NCBI GenBank assembly: GCA_036677065.1
Contig: JAKFBS010000001.1
Span: 576,001 to 640,000, forward strand
DNA: 64,000 nucleotides
Reading direction: 5' to 3'
DNA from: Bdellovibrio sp.
GTDB taxonomy: Bacteria; Bdellovibrionota; Bdellovibrionia; Bdellovibrionales; Bdellovibrionaceae
This document shows positions 30,186 to 39,136 of this stretch, piece after piece. The notes under the pieces were generated by a model. That model searched no databases, was not told where the DNA came from, and saw only the letters and a program-made list of their open reading frames with translations. Numbering within the stretch: the first letter of the stretch is position 1; each line of letters starts with the position of its first letter. The position numbers were made by a program, and so were the translations under genes.

Positions 30186-31292
30186 ATGAAATTATTATTA
30201 ACATTAGCGATCGTATTAGCTTCAACTTCTGCATTCGCAACACGCGCAAGAGTAACAGCTTTAGGAAATGCAGCTCACTTAACGGATGCTTCAACTGTTT
30301 ACAGCAAGCCTGCTGACATGTTTGCAGTTTCTGATTCTTTAACAATCGAATCAGGTAAAACAGACCTAGTTCCGGGCACTGACGTTTCAACTTCTTTAGG
30401 TGCTGAAGCTTTAATGATCCGTTCAACTGGTGATGCTAAATGGGCTTTATCATTAGGTCATGACGATGCTCGTTCATACGCGCAACGTTCAGATGCTAAT
30501 GCAACTGTTGGTGCTATCATCGGTCAACAAAATCCATTAGAAGTAACTTACGGTATGAAAACAGGCGATATGGCTTGGGCTGGTACTTTAGTTTACTCTA
30601 ATTTCAACAATAAAGTTGCTGAAGTTAAAGAAAGCACAACTGGATTAAAATTCGGTGCTGCTACGTCTACTTGGGATGCAACTGTTGATTTAGGCTTAAC
30701 TGACAAATGGGAAGCTTCTGCAACTAACGACGAATTCAAAGGTAAATCAAACATCGCGGTTCGTGGTGGTATGTGGATTTCTTCTGATATGTACGCTTAT
30801 GCTGACGTTGCTATGGGCGGTTTTGAAACTACAGTTACTGGTACAGTAGCTTCTGAAATCAAAACTACTGATATCGTAGTTGGTGCTATCAACACTATGA
30901 AAAATGACGGTAACGAATTTTTCTGGGGTGCTGGTTTAGCGTCTTCTCAATCTAAAGATTCAAAAGGTATTGAAACTAAAGAAACTTCTTTATCTTTACC
31001 TTTCATCATCGGTGTTGAAGCTAACGCAGCTTCTTGGTTAACTCTACGTGGATCTGTAGCGCAAAAAGTACTTATCCAAAACGAAAAAGAAGAGAACAAC
31101 ACAGCAACTCCGATCGTTTCTGAAGCTTCTCCAGGCGCAAACAGCACAACTTTTGCTGCGGGTGCTGGTTTAAAACTTGGTAAACTTGCTCTTGATGGTT
31201 CATTATTAGCAGTTACTGGTTCAAATCCATCTGGCCAAGAAGTTAATGCTGACGACCTATTAGGTACAGTTGGTTTAACTTACGCTTTCTAA
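30186..31292 (+). CDS. Major outer-membrane beta-barrel protein, paralog 2
   Basis: Collinear with paralog 1 (QQNPxExxYGMKxGDMxWAxTLVYSN); C-terminal LTYAF. Confidence 0.8.
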   Translation: MKLLLTLAIVLASTSAFATRARVTALGNAAHLTDASTVYSKPADMFAVSDSLTIESGKTDLVPGTDVSTSLGAEALMIRSTGDAKWALSLGHDDARSYAQRSDANATVGAIIGQQNPLEVTYGMKTGDMAWAGTLVYSNFNNKVAEVKESTTGLKFGAATSTWDATVDLGLTDKWEASATNDEFKGKSNIAVRGGMWISSDMYAYADVAMGGFETTVTGTVASEIKTTDIVVGAINTMKNDGNEFFWGAGLASSQSKDSKGIETKETSLSLPFIIGVEANAASWLTLRGSVAQKVLIQNEKEENNTATPIVSEASPGANSTTFAAGAGLKLGKLALDGSLLAVTGSNPSGQEVNADDLLGTVGLTYAF

Positions 31293-31313
31293 TTTTAATT
31301 AGAAATTGTATTG

Positions 31314-31346
31314 AAAAGGCTCGGTTTATACCGGGCCTTTTTTTTT
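31314..31346 (+). terminator. Intrinsic terminator after the OMP pair
   Basis: aaaaggctcggt-ttat-accgggcctttttttt. Confidence 0.85.
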
Positions 31347-31460
31347 GCCTAAAATTAAGTGAAGAATTTACGCTAATCGCCTCACTGGGCGATTTTTTAT
31401 TTCAGACATCAGCAAGTGCTCGGCACGCGAAGATCGCTTCATCACAAGCCCGCTAAGGCC

Positions 31461-31499
31461 AAAAAAAATCCCCGATAGACATCTCTACCGGGGATTTTT
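31461..31499 (-). terminator. Intrinsic terminator after the nuclease-like gene
   Basis: aaaaaaaatccccgatag...ctaccggggattttt. Confidence 0.75.
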
Positions 31500-31522
31500 A
31501 TTTTCATTCTAAGTCTTAAGAA

Positions 31523-32617
31523 CTATTTCGCCATTTTCTTTTCGTCTTCTGCTTTTACATCGTAGTAGTCAGGCATTACGAAATCAGGAGTGAACGGGTA
31601 TTTGTAACTCTTGTAAGCTTTCACTTCAGGAGCTCCGGCTTCTAAGTAAATCTTATCCCAGAAAGAAGCTAACAGGATTGCGGCTCTGGCCATTTGTTCG
31701 ATTTGTAATTTTTCGAACTTCTTAAATCCAACTTCTGGTGGTTGGCGTTTTGCTGCTGATTTTAAGCTGATACCTTTTTCAACCTTGTAAGTTGAAGGAG
31801 CCGTCATCGGATCAAGTTTGAAAACTGTTTTTACTTCTTTAAATGAAAGTTCAGAGAGTGCTTTCATTCTTTCAACGACTGTTAGTTTGTCTTTCATGAA
31901 ACTTGCGCTTTTCATTGTTTGCGCTTTTTTCACGATACGATCTTGCATGTCTGGCCCAAAGAAAGCCACTGTCGCTTCTTCGTAGTAACCATGAATACCA
32001 CCGTGATTACCTTCGTAACCATCGTAATCAGACGTTGAGTGAAATGGTTGAGCGTTATCGCCAACGAAGTGACCCATTAAACCCATGTTCACGATCATTG
32101 AATAAAACGCTTTATTAAAAGGTAATTCATCGTTTTGTTCTTCTTTGCTAGAAGCTGGGGCTGGTTGCATGGCAACTTCTTCGGCTTGTGCTAAGGCTAA
32201 ACGGTAAAACTGATCGGCTCTCCACCAGTTAGATCCAAGATCTTGCGGAACTGATTGAATGCGCGTGTTGCGTTTGTGCATGTTTTCTTTGCCTGTGTAT
32301 TTTTCAACGATGGCTTTGTAATCTGTCGGAACATCTTTAACTGCGATTCCTAAAATTTCGACGTCGATAAAGTGACCTGGGTCACCGTGTTTACGTTGGT
32401 CAGCAGATAATGATTTCCAGTAAGTATCTGGAATATTGCAAAGGTGACCCATCACTTGCGGTTTATTTAATAAATAATCTTTTAACGGTTTTGATTGCAC
32501 TAAGTGAACTGCAGATTCACAGATTTGGTGATGACCGCGGCCACCCCAGGCCATAGCGTTTTGCGCACTGAACGCGAAACCTGCAACGGCTAACGAAGTA
32601 AAAAGTTTAAATGACAT
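31523..32617 (-). CDS. Secreted S1/P1 nuclease / Zn phospholipase C superfamily enzyme
   Basis: Mature N-terminus WGGRGH; HFID, HFVGDNAQPFH and HGYYE Zn ligands. Confidence 0.8.
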   Translation of the reverse strand: MSFKLFTSLAVAGFAFSAQNAMAWGGRGHHQICESAVHLVQSKPLKDYLLNKPQVMGHLCNIPDTYWKSLSADQRKHGDPGHFIDVEILGIAVKDVPTDYKAIVEKYTGKENMHKRNTRIQSVPQDLGSNWWRADQFYRLALAQAEEVAMQPAPASSKEEQNDELPFNKAFYSMIVNMGLMGHFVGDNAQPFHSTSDYDGYEGNHGGIHGYYEEATVAFFGPDMQDRIVKKAQTMKSASFMKDKLTVVERMKALSELSFKEVKTVFKLDPMTAPSTYKVEKGISLKSAAKRQPPEVGFKKFEKLQIEQMARAAILLASFWDKIYLEAGAPEVKAYKSYKYPFTPDFVMPDYYDVKAEDEKKMAK

Positions 32618-32744
32618 AAAAAAGGCTCCCTTTGCTAATTTTAAGCAGGCCTAGTTTTGCTTTGGCGCTTGGCGCTCATCAAGTTATTTCTTTGTTAGTG
32701 CTTACGTGTTGCGCATGGCCGCGTTTTCTTCTATATAAAACGCT

Positions 32745-33482
32745 GTGGATTCAAAGACAGAGACCTTCACCTTCAAACCGATTGGCTTTATTAAAAGCTG
32801 TTACCCCGATAAATTCGGGGTGCCTAGGCAATCGGGCTTAGTTAAACAAACTGTGTCTGAACTTGCGATCGCGCCTGAATGGCAGCCTGAATTTGCGCTG
32901 CAAGGTTTAGAAGAGTACTCGCATGTATGGGTGACTTGGGTTTTTCATTTAAATTCGAACACGAAATATCATCCGAAAGTTCATCCACCTAGATTAAAAG
33001 GTGAAACGATTGGTGTGTTTGCAACCCGTTCTCCGCATCGGCCGAATCCTTTGGGATTATCTTTAGCTACGGTTGAAAAAATTGAAGGTGGGAAGATTTA
33101 TTTAGGCGGTTTGGATTTAGTGGATGGGACGCCGATTTTAGATATTAAACCGTATCTTCCGCAGTTTGAGTCTTTACCTGAAGCTCGCGGTGGTTGGGCT
33201 ACGAAGGATGAACATCAGGTTTCTGCGATTGAAGTTAGTTTTACGGATGAGACGCGTGCTGTTTTGAAATCGTGGTCTGTTCGTTTAGACAAACCAGAGC
33301 TAGAATCTGTAATTGTTGGGGTTATCAAGCAAGATCCACGTCCTGTGATTTATCGTGGGTTCGAAGGGCAGAGTGATGCGCCTTATCGCAATGAACACGC
33401 TTTCAGGTTGTATGATGGAGATGTTCATTTTCGTTTTACTGCTTCTACACAAGCCGAAGTTTTCACTATCAAATTTAATTAG
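32745..33482 (+). CDS. trmO: tRNA m6t6A37 methyltransferase
   Basis: KFGVPRQSG, GVFATRSPHRPNPLGLS and DGTPILDIKPY. Confidence 0.93.
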   Translation: MDSKTETFTFKPIGFIKSCYPDKFGVPRQSGLVKQTVSELAIAPEWQPEFALQGLEEYSHVWVTWVFHLNSNTKYHPKVHPPRLKGETIGVFATRSPHRPNPLGLSLATVEKIEGGKIYLGGLDLVDGTPILDIKPYLPQFESLPEARGGWATKDEHQVSAIEVSFTDETRAVLKSWSVRLDKPELESVIVGVIKQDPRPVIYRGFEGQSDAPYRNEHAFRLYDGDVHFRFTASTQAEVFTIKFN

Positions 33483-33495
33483 GTATAAAAAATGA

Positions 33496-33528
33496 AAAGC
33501 TGCAAGGTGGATAACCTGGCAGCTTTTT
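33496..33528 (+). terminator. Terminator-like hairpin after trmO
   Basis: aaaagctgc-aaggtggataacctg-gcagcttttt. Confidence 0.7.
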
Positions 33529-33581
33529 CGTGATATCTGGCATCCGCTTTCGGATTTAGTAGATCCGGAAAGGAGGTCGCC

Positions 33582-33692
33582 ATGACCAAATCCAAGTATT
33601 TGCGTTATCGGCGTCTACTTAGTATTTCTAAAGAAGTCCTAAGATTATTTGTGATGATTCTTGGAATCATAATAGTAATTCGAAGTATTTAG
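33582..33692 (+). CDS. 36-aa basic/hydrophobic peptide, type I toxin-like (not in ORF track)
   Basis: SD AAGGAGGT just before ATG; MTKSKYLRYRRLLSISKEVLRLFVMILGIIIVIRSI*. Confidence 0.6.
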   Translation: MTKSKYLRYRRLLSISKEVLRLFVMILGIIIVIRSI

Positions 33693-34003
33693 AGATCTAG
33701 CTTGCTGCACGTTCGTTCTTAGATCTTGATTTGCAATCAAGACCATCGTCTTGTGATGATGGCATCCTACGGACAAGGGATTTAAAATCCTTGTGTGTTC
33801 AGATAAAACAGGGACGGAGAGCTGTCGGTGTTATCCGCTCTTGGAGTGGTTGTAGAGCTTGCGATTAAGTCCGTTTAATTATTCTTTAACAAGAGAAGCT
33901 GTATAACTTTTTGACGTTGATGAAAAAGCGTAATTCCAAAATAAAATAGTATTTATACTTGCGTCCTATATGGTAAATATTCACCATCATTGGGGGAATA
34001 TCT

Positions 34004-34309
34004 ATGAATTTTTTAAATCGCAAAGTTAAGGTCTTATTAAGTCTGGTCGGAATAGCGACAAACGCTTCAGCGCTTGCGCAAACACCATCTGCGTCTGCGC
34101 AAAATCAGGAACTAGGTCAGTTTGAACAGCAACAGTATTCACAAATCTCAGCGTCACAAAACTATCAAATTGTATCTCAAGACGAATTGCTCAATGCACT
34201 TCAAAATAACAAACTTGAACAATTGTTATTGAAAAAAGGGATATTAATTCAGAAACCTTCGGCGGATGGTACAATCTGTAAACAAACTGGTACTGGCGAC
34301 GGCGGTTAA
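34004..34309 (+). CDS. Candidate exported RiPP/pheromone precursor
   Basis: SD GGGGGA; Sec-type signal ending ALA; Gln-rich spacer; tail ADGTICKQTGTGDGG with the only Cys; first gene of the YcaO operon. Confidence 0.65.
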   Translation: MNFLNRKVKVLLSLVGIATNASALAQTPSASAQNQELGQFEQQQYSQISASQNYQIVSQDELLNALQNNKLEQLLLKKGILIQKPSADGTICKQTGTGDGG

Positions 34310-34316
34310 TTCTTTT

Positions 34317-35843
34317 ATGAAAAAAATCGGGATACTTTTTTTTTGTGCAACAATTTTTGTTGGTTTATTCTTGTGGAATAAAGCAAATAAGGGTGAGGCT
34401 ATGAGTGATATAAGAATATCTTGGTATGCAGGTAATAAAATAGAAACTCATGATCCAGCGGATATTCAATTTGCGGCGCCAGCCGTGCTATTAATGAACC
34501 TTTATACTTCGCTTTTAGTTTTTAACAACAAAAGCGAGATGGATTTTGGCTTGATTCAAGCGTTTAACTGGATCAGCGATAGCGAAATTGAATTTAAATT
34601 TAATGAAAATTTGCGCTCTAGTAAAAATGATCTTATTACTGCTAAAGATGCGTACTTGAGTTTTAAACGGCTCATGGTTAAGCAAACTAATACCCATGGT
34701 GATTTGCAAAACTTCTTATGTCCTGACGTTAAGCTTAACAACATAAAAGACGAATGTCCGGGCCTGCGATATGAAGGAAATAGTTTATTCTTGAAAACTC
34801 CAGATCCTAAATTAGCCAAGTTTTTGTTGCCGCTGATAGCGAACTGCGATTTTGGTATAATACCGGCGAATGCTATAGATTGGACGTCGAGCGATTTGAA
34901 AATTATCGACTATGCCAATACAAGCGGGCCGTACTTTGTAGAAGCTACTAATGAAAAAGGCGAGCATGTTCTGAGGGCTAACAAAAACAGCCCTCTATAT
35001 CATTCAGAGATGCCACAGGGGTTTCGTATTGTTCCCGTTCTGGATGCCTCGTCTCCGACTAAGTTAAAAAGTGGCGAAATTAACATGATTTCTACAATTG
35101 ATCGCACACAGCCAGATGATTTTTTAGCCTTTGAGCAGAATTCGGAATATAATGTCCACAAAACTTCTGATTTAAAAGTGACCGCAATGGAATTCACGAC
35201 TGTAGGTCAAAAAAAATTGACTGAGAAGGAACGTTTAGCTCTCGGAAGTTTGGTAAAAAGGATTACAATAAACAGTTGGCCATTACAAACAGCCTTTAAA
35301 AAGGCGGACCAATTTTTTCCACCATTTGGCGAAGCAAGTCTTTCTGATATTCAGTTACAAGAAATTCAATTGTTATACGAAAATTCCGGTAGCTTGCCGC
35401 TTAAAAATATTCGTATCAGCGTTGAAGGCTATAAACTTGAATTCTATAAAAATTTATTCGTAGATTACAAAAACATTGAGTTTATTAAATTCAACGGGAT
35501 GCCAAATTCGAAAAATGAAGAAGACATGGAAGATGCCAGCATTGTACCTGGAGACACGGGTTTTTATGAGAATATCTCGTTAATCAGTTACTATATGACT
35601 ACCGGGTCTTTTGGTTATGATGATAAAAAATCAGCGAACAAATGGATTCAAAATTACATAAAAATCGATGATAAAAGTGAACGTTTAGCTAAACTTAAGC
35701 AATTGCACTTCGAAGTATTGGCTAAGGGGGTCATTATTCCAATTTCGCTTACACCTTATTATGCGGTAGTGCGAAAAGATTGGAAGATAGATTTTCATAG
35801 GCATTTTGCAGGAACCCCACTATGGATGATGCGAAAAAATTAA
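34317..35843 (+). CDS. Family-5 (OppA-like) extracellular solute-binding protein
   Basis: N-terminal TM anchor; HDPA, NLYTSLL, ITAKDAYLSF.R and TSGPY; no permease or ATPase genes adjacent. Confidence 0.75.
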   Translation: MKKIGILFFCATIFVGLFLWNKANKGEAMSDIRISWYAGNKIETHDPADIQFAAPAVLLMNLYTSLLVFNNKSEMDFGLIQAFNWISDSEIEFKFNENLRSSKNDLITAKDAYLSFKRLMVKQTNTHGDLQNFLCPDVKLNNIKDECPGLRYEGNSLFLKTPDPKLAKFLLPLIANCDFGIIPANAIDWTSSDLKIIDYANTSGPYFVEATNEKGEHVLRANKNSPLYHSEMPQGFRIVPVLDASSPTKLKSGEINMISTIDRTQPDDFLAFEQNSEYNVHKTSDLKVTAMEFTTVGQKKLTEKERLALGSLVKRITINSWPLQTAFKKADQFFPPFGEASLSDIQLQEIQLLYENSGSLPLKNIRISVEGYKLEFYKNLFVDYKNIEFIKFNGMPNSKNEEDMEDASIVPGDTGFYENISLISYYMTTGSFGYDDKKSANKWIQNYIKIDDKSERLAKLKQLHFEVLAKGVIIPISLTPYYAVVRKDWKIDFHRHFAGTPLWMMRKN

Positions 35844-36820
35844 TTCATTGGGCTCTTAATTTAAAGCCTGAGTATAAAGTCGAAATTTCAAATTTTGATT
35901 GGCCTCGGCGGTTTGCTTTAGATCAGTTAGATTATCATTTTAAATTTGAATATAGAGAGCAAATTTACGATGGGCGTGGGTTAGCCGAATCGTCAGAAAC
36001 TGCTTTAGTAAAAGCAATTGTAGAAGCTGTTGAGCGAACTGTAATAGATAAACATAAATTGAAAAACAGTAACGGAATAGCTGCGCATTTTGATTCTGTT
36101 CAAGCAACAGAAAGTGCGTTATGTGAATTAATAGAACGAGACATTTTTTTATGTAACTATCTATGTGTTGAAGCCGGTGTTCAGGAAATTGGTGAAAATT
36201 TGCTACCAGATTCCTGCCTCGCAACAGTAAAAGAGTTTGAAAATAAAAGTGTCGATATCCGTTTTTATGAACTTGGAATGTTATTGAATCGAACGGTGAT
36301 TTTAGCGATAACAAATGGCTTTGCCCGGCCAAATCCATTTGGATGCGTGATTGGTCTTGGCGCAAATTTTATGAGAGATAAGGCTATTGCAGCAGCTTTT
36401 AGTGAAGTTGCAAGAAATACGGTGACTTATATAGACCGCAATAGTTGCATTGAGTGGAAGCAGTCTGAAGACGATTTTTTTAACGAAGGTGTCCAAAGTT
36501 TTTCAATTTTAGAACATGGCAAAGTTGCTTTATCTGAATCATATGGTCGCTGGCTGTGGAATTATTTTCTAGAAAAGAAAAAATATCAAATTAAAGATAA
36601 TGATATTCGAGAAAACGAAATTGAAATTGAAATATTAGATCTTGACCATGTTTTCGGAGAACTTGGCATTAAAGTTGTGCGAGCCCAATCCAAAGCTATG
36701 CAAGACTTGTTCTTTCACAAAACTCAACCGCAAAAAATTAATCTAGAACGCTTGAATCGATACATGCAAGCGGTATGCAGTTTTGAAAATATCAACCTAC
36801 GAACTCATCCACTGGCATAG
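35822..36820 (+). CDS. YcaO-family ATP-dependent amide-activating enzyme (compact, standalone)
   Basis: GRG...ALVKAIVEAVER, SNGIAAH....A...AL.ELIERD, GLGA...A...A.SE, C-terminal HPLA. Confidence 0.85.
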   Translation: MDDAKKLIHWALNLKPEYKVEISNFDWPRRFALDQLDYHFKFEYREQIYDGRGLAESSETALVKAIVEAVERTVIDKHKLKNSNGIAAHFDSVQATESALCELIERDIFLCNYLCVEAGVQEIGENLLPDSCLATVKEFENKSVDIRFYELGMLLNRTVILAITNGFARPNPFGCVIGLGANFMRDKAIAAAFSEVARNTVTYIDRNSCIEWKQSEDDFFNEGVQSFSILEHGKVALSESYGRWLWNYFLEKKKYQIKDNDIRENEIEIEILDLDHVFGELGIKVVRAQSKAMQDLFFHKTQPQKINLERLNRYMQAVCSFENINLRTHPLA

Positions 36821-36822
36821 CA

Positions 36823-37959
36823 ATGACAAATAACGAAAAAAATCAGCTTAGAATTTTGTTAATTAAGTACCAGTTAATTTATTTTGTGATCGTTCTTTGT
36901 TTGTCTTTGGTTATTGTTTTTGGGTATTCCAAAATCCAATATCTATTAGCAGAAAACCTTTTCAAAACAAATATGAATCAATTGTTGGTTCATGATTTCA
37001 GGACTGTCATTTTGAATATGGACCAATTTGTACCAAGTCAGTTTAGTACGATAGAGTTAATTAAAAATGGTCAGGTTATTCTTAGTATCGGATCTCAAAA
37101 AAATCATTTTTTAAACTTTAAAACAGAATTTATTACCAAGGATGAAATGAGTCTAGTGTTTTCAAGTAGTTATAGGCTGATTATCGCTCTAGTTAGCTTG
37201 GTACTTGTATTTAGTTTGATGATTTCACGTTTCATCAACAAATATTTTACACGAACTTATGAAAAGCAAATGGCAGATCAGGCTAAGTTACAAAGAAGTG
37301 AATTGCTCAATGAAATTTCTAAAAAGGTGGCTCATGATATTCGATCACCGCTATCCACGCTTAATATGCTTGCTAGTTTAATCGAAAATTCAGAAGTGCG
37401 TGAAATGCAGCAAGCAGTCACAAAGCAGATAGACCATATAGCGAATGATTTGTTAAATTATTCAAAAAACCATAACTCTAAGGCACATGGGACGCCAGCA
37501 AGCCTCAAGGATTTATTTCTGCAGTTAAAAAAAGAGTACGATTTGAAGATGCTAAGCATGAAATGTTCCATTGTCTTTGAAGATCAATTGGATTCCGATA
37601 TTTCATTAAGTGATTTAACTGTTTTGTATCAAAATATAAATAATTTTATAAATAATTCTGTAGAGGCCAACGCGAAATTTATCAAAGTTGTAATGGGCGC
37701 AGATAAGAGTGTAATTAGCATCGCTGTAATCGATGATGGAATTGGCATGGATGAAGAGGGACTTAAACGAATAGGTAAGTCAGCATTTTCCACGAAAAAC
37801 CAATCAGATGCTTTGGCTAGTTTAGTTAGCTCAGGTAACGGTATTGCAATGCTGAATGCGCTAAAAGCGTTCGAAATTAGAGGCTGGAGGTTAGACATTA
37901 AATCTAATGTCGGCATAGGAACAACGGTTAGTGTACTAATACCTAAAATTGCAATCTAA
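36823..37959 (+). CDS. Membrane sensor histidine kinase
   Basis: Two TM helices; H-box VAHDIRSPL, N-box NNSVEA, DDGIGM, GNGIAM and GIGTTV. Confidence 0.9.
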   Translation: MTNNEKNQLRILLIKYQLIYFVIVLCLSLVIVFGYSKIQYLLAENLFKTNMNQLLVHDFRTVILNMDQFVPSQFSTIELIKNGQVILSIGSQKNHFLNFKTEFITKDEMSLVFSSSYRLIIALVSLVLVFSLMISRFINKYFTRTYEKQMADQAKLQRSELLNEISKKVAHDIRSPLSTLNMLASLIENSEVREMQQAVTKQIDHIANDLLNYSKNHNSKAHGTPASLKDLFLQLKKEYDLKMLSMKCSIVFEDQLDSDISLSDLTVLYQNINNFINNSVEANAKFIKVVMGADKSVISIAVIDDGIGMDEEGLKRIGKSAFSTKNQSDALASLVSSGNGIAMLNALKAFEIRGWRLDIKSNVGIGTTVSVLIPKIAI

Positions 37960-37995
37960 CATTAACGGTGTGAAAGAAAGTTATTTAAAATCAAG

Positions 37996-38556
37996 ATGAA
38001 AAAAATCAACCCAATTGAAATTACCATTAAAAGTTGTACCGCTGAAGATATCACTTTTGTAGCTGACTATATAAGTAATTGCTCTGAAGAATTTTTAAGA
38101 TCATTCGGGGCAGATAAGAAAAAGGTACCACCCAAAGAAATTCTTATCGAAAATCTAAGAAAAAATTTAGATGACCATGGTCTTGTAAAGAATTTTGCTA
38201 TCGCCTATTACAATGATCAAAGAATTGGTCATTGTAATGTGAATAATATTGTCGAAAATGATAGCGGGGTGATCCATGCACAAATTTGGGATGCATCGCT
38301 TAGAAATGTCGGGGTTGCTTCAAGCTCGTTAATAAAAGCCTGCGATCATTTTTTTGATTTATTAAACTTTAAAAAAATTATCTTCAAAGTTCCGCACATA
38401 AATGCTTCGGCCAACGGGGTTATGAATAAAATGGGTCTTCCAATTTTGGGCTCAGTTATTTACGAGTTTCCGCTTATGATCGAGCCTATTGCATGTAATT
38501 TGTATGAAGTAGATAGAATTACACTCGATGAACTTAAGAAAAAGCTAACAATTTAG
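37996..38556 (+). CDS. GNAT (RimJ/RimL-like) acetyltransferase
   Basis: RIGH, LRNVGVAS and N.ASANGVMNKMG. Confidence 0.7.
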   Translation: MKKINPIEITIKSCTAEDITFVADYISNCSEEFLRSFGADKKKVPPKEILIENLRKNLDDHGLVKNFAIAYYNDQRIGHCNVNNIVENDSGVIHAQIWDASLRNVGVASSSLIKACDHFFDLLNFKKIIFKVPHINASANGVMNKMGLPILGSVIYEFPLMIEPIACNLYEVDRITLDELKKKLTI

Positions 38557-38566
38557 TTTTTAAAAT

Positions 38567-39136
38567 TCAAGATTCAATAAACTTAATAAGACGATTAAAT
38601 TTTTTATTATCAGCTTCTTTTAAAGCGCAAATGTATTCTGTGCGGTCTTGATTCGTACGAACACCCCATGTAGGTATTATTTGATTGTACTTTTCTGCTA
38701 ACAGCTCTGTATGTAGTCGCGCATAGCGACCATTTCCATTAGGGAAGGGGTGAATAAAGACTAGTTGATGATGAAATCTAGTAAGAATCTCATTCCAAGG
38801 ATAAGATTGAAATTCAATCCAAGTTTGAGTATTTCTCATAAGCTCAACAACTTGAGTAGAAATTTGGTTTTTATCAATACCAATGCTTTTATCGGTTAAG
38901 CGATAAGTGCCTGCCCATTTCCAAACATCGCCGTACATTTTTTTATGTAGTTTGCGAACGAAAATTTCGTCTAAGATTTCTTTTCTGTATTTTAAGCCCC
39001 AGTTTTTTCCATTTAGAATATTCTGTTGTTCCAGAGTGTTTAGTTCGCCTTGATTGTCTATGTCTGGAATTAAGCCTTCGATCTCGTTCGGATCAAGAGG
39101 TGTAGCGCCTGGAAGGTATTCAGGTGCGAATTTCAT
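38567..39136 (-). CDS. Fic-domain 'mobile mystery protein B'
   Basis: GATPLDP N-terminus, VWKWAG.YR, Fic motif HPFPNGNGRYAR. Confidence 0.92.
   Translation of the reverse strand: MKFAPEYLPGATPLDPNEIEGLIPDIDNQGELNTLEQQNILNGKNWGLKYRKEILDEIFVRKLHKKMYGDVWKWAGTYRLTDKSIGIDKNQISTQVVELMRNTQTWIEFQSYPWNEILTRFHHQLVFIHPFPNGNGRYARLHTELLAEKYNQIIPTWGVRTNQDRTEYICALKEADNKKFNRLIKFIES

Noticed and set aside
34266..34316. Long N-terminal extension of the SBP overlapping the precursor
   Set aside because: ATG 34317 gives a normal MKK-hydrophobic anchor with no overlap
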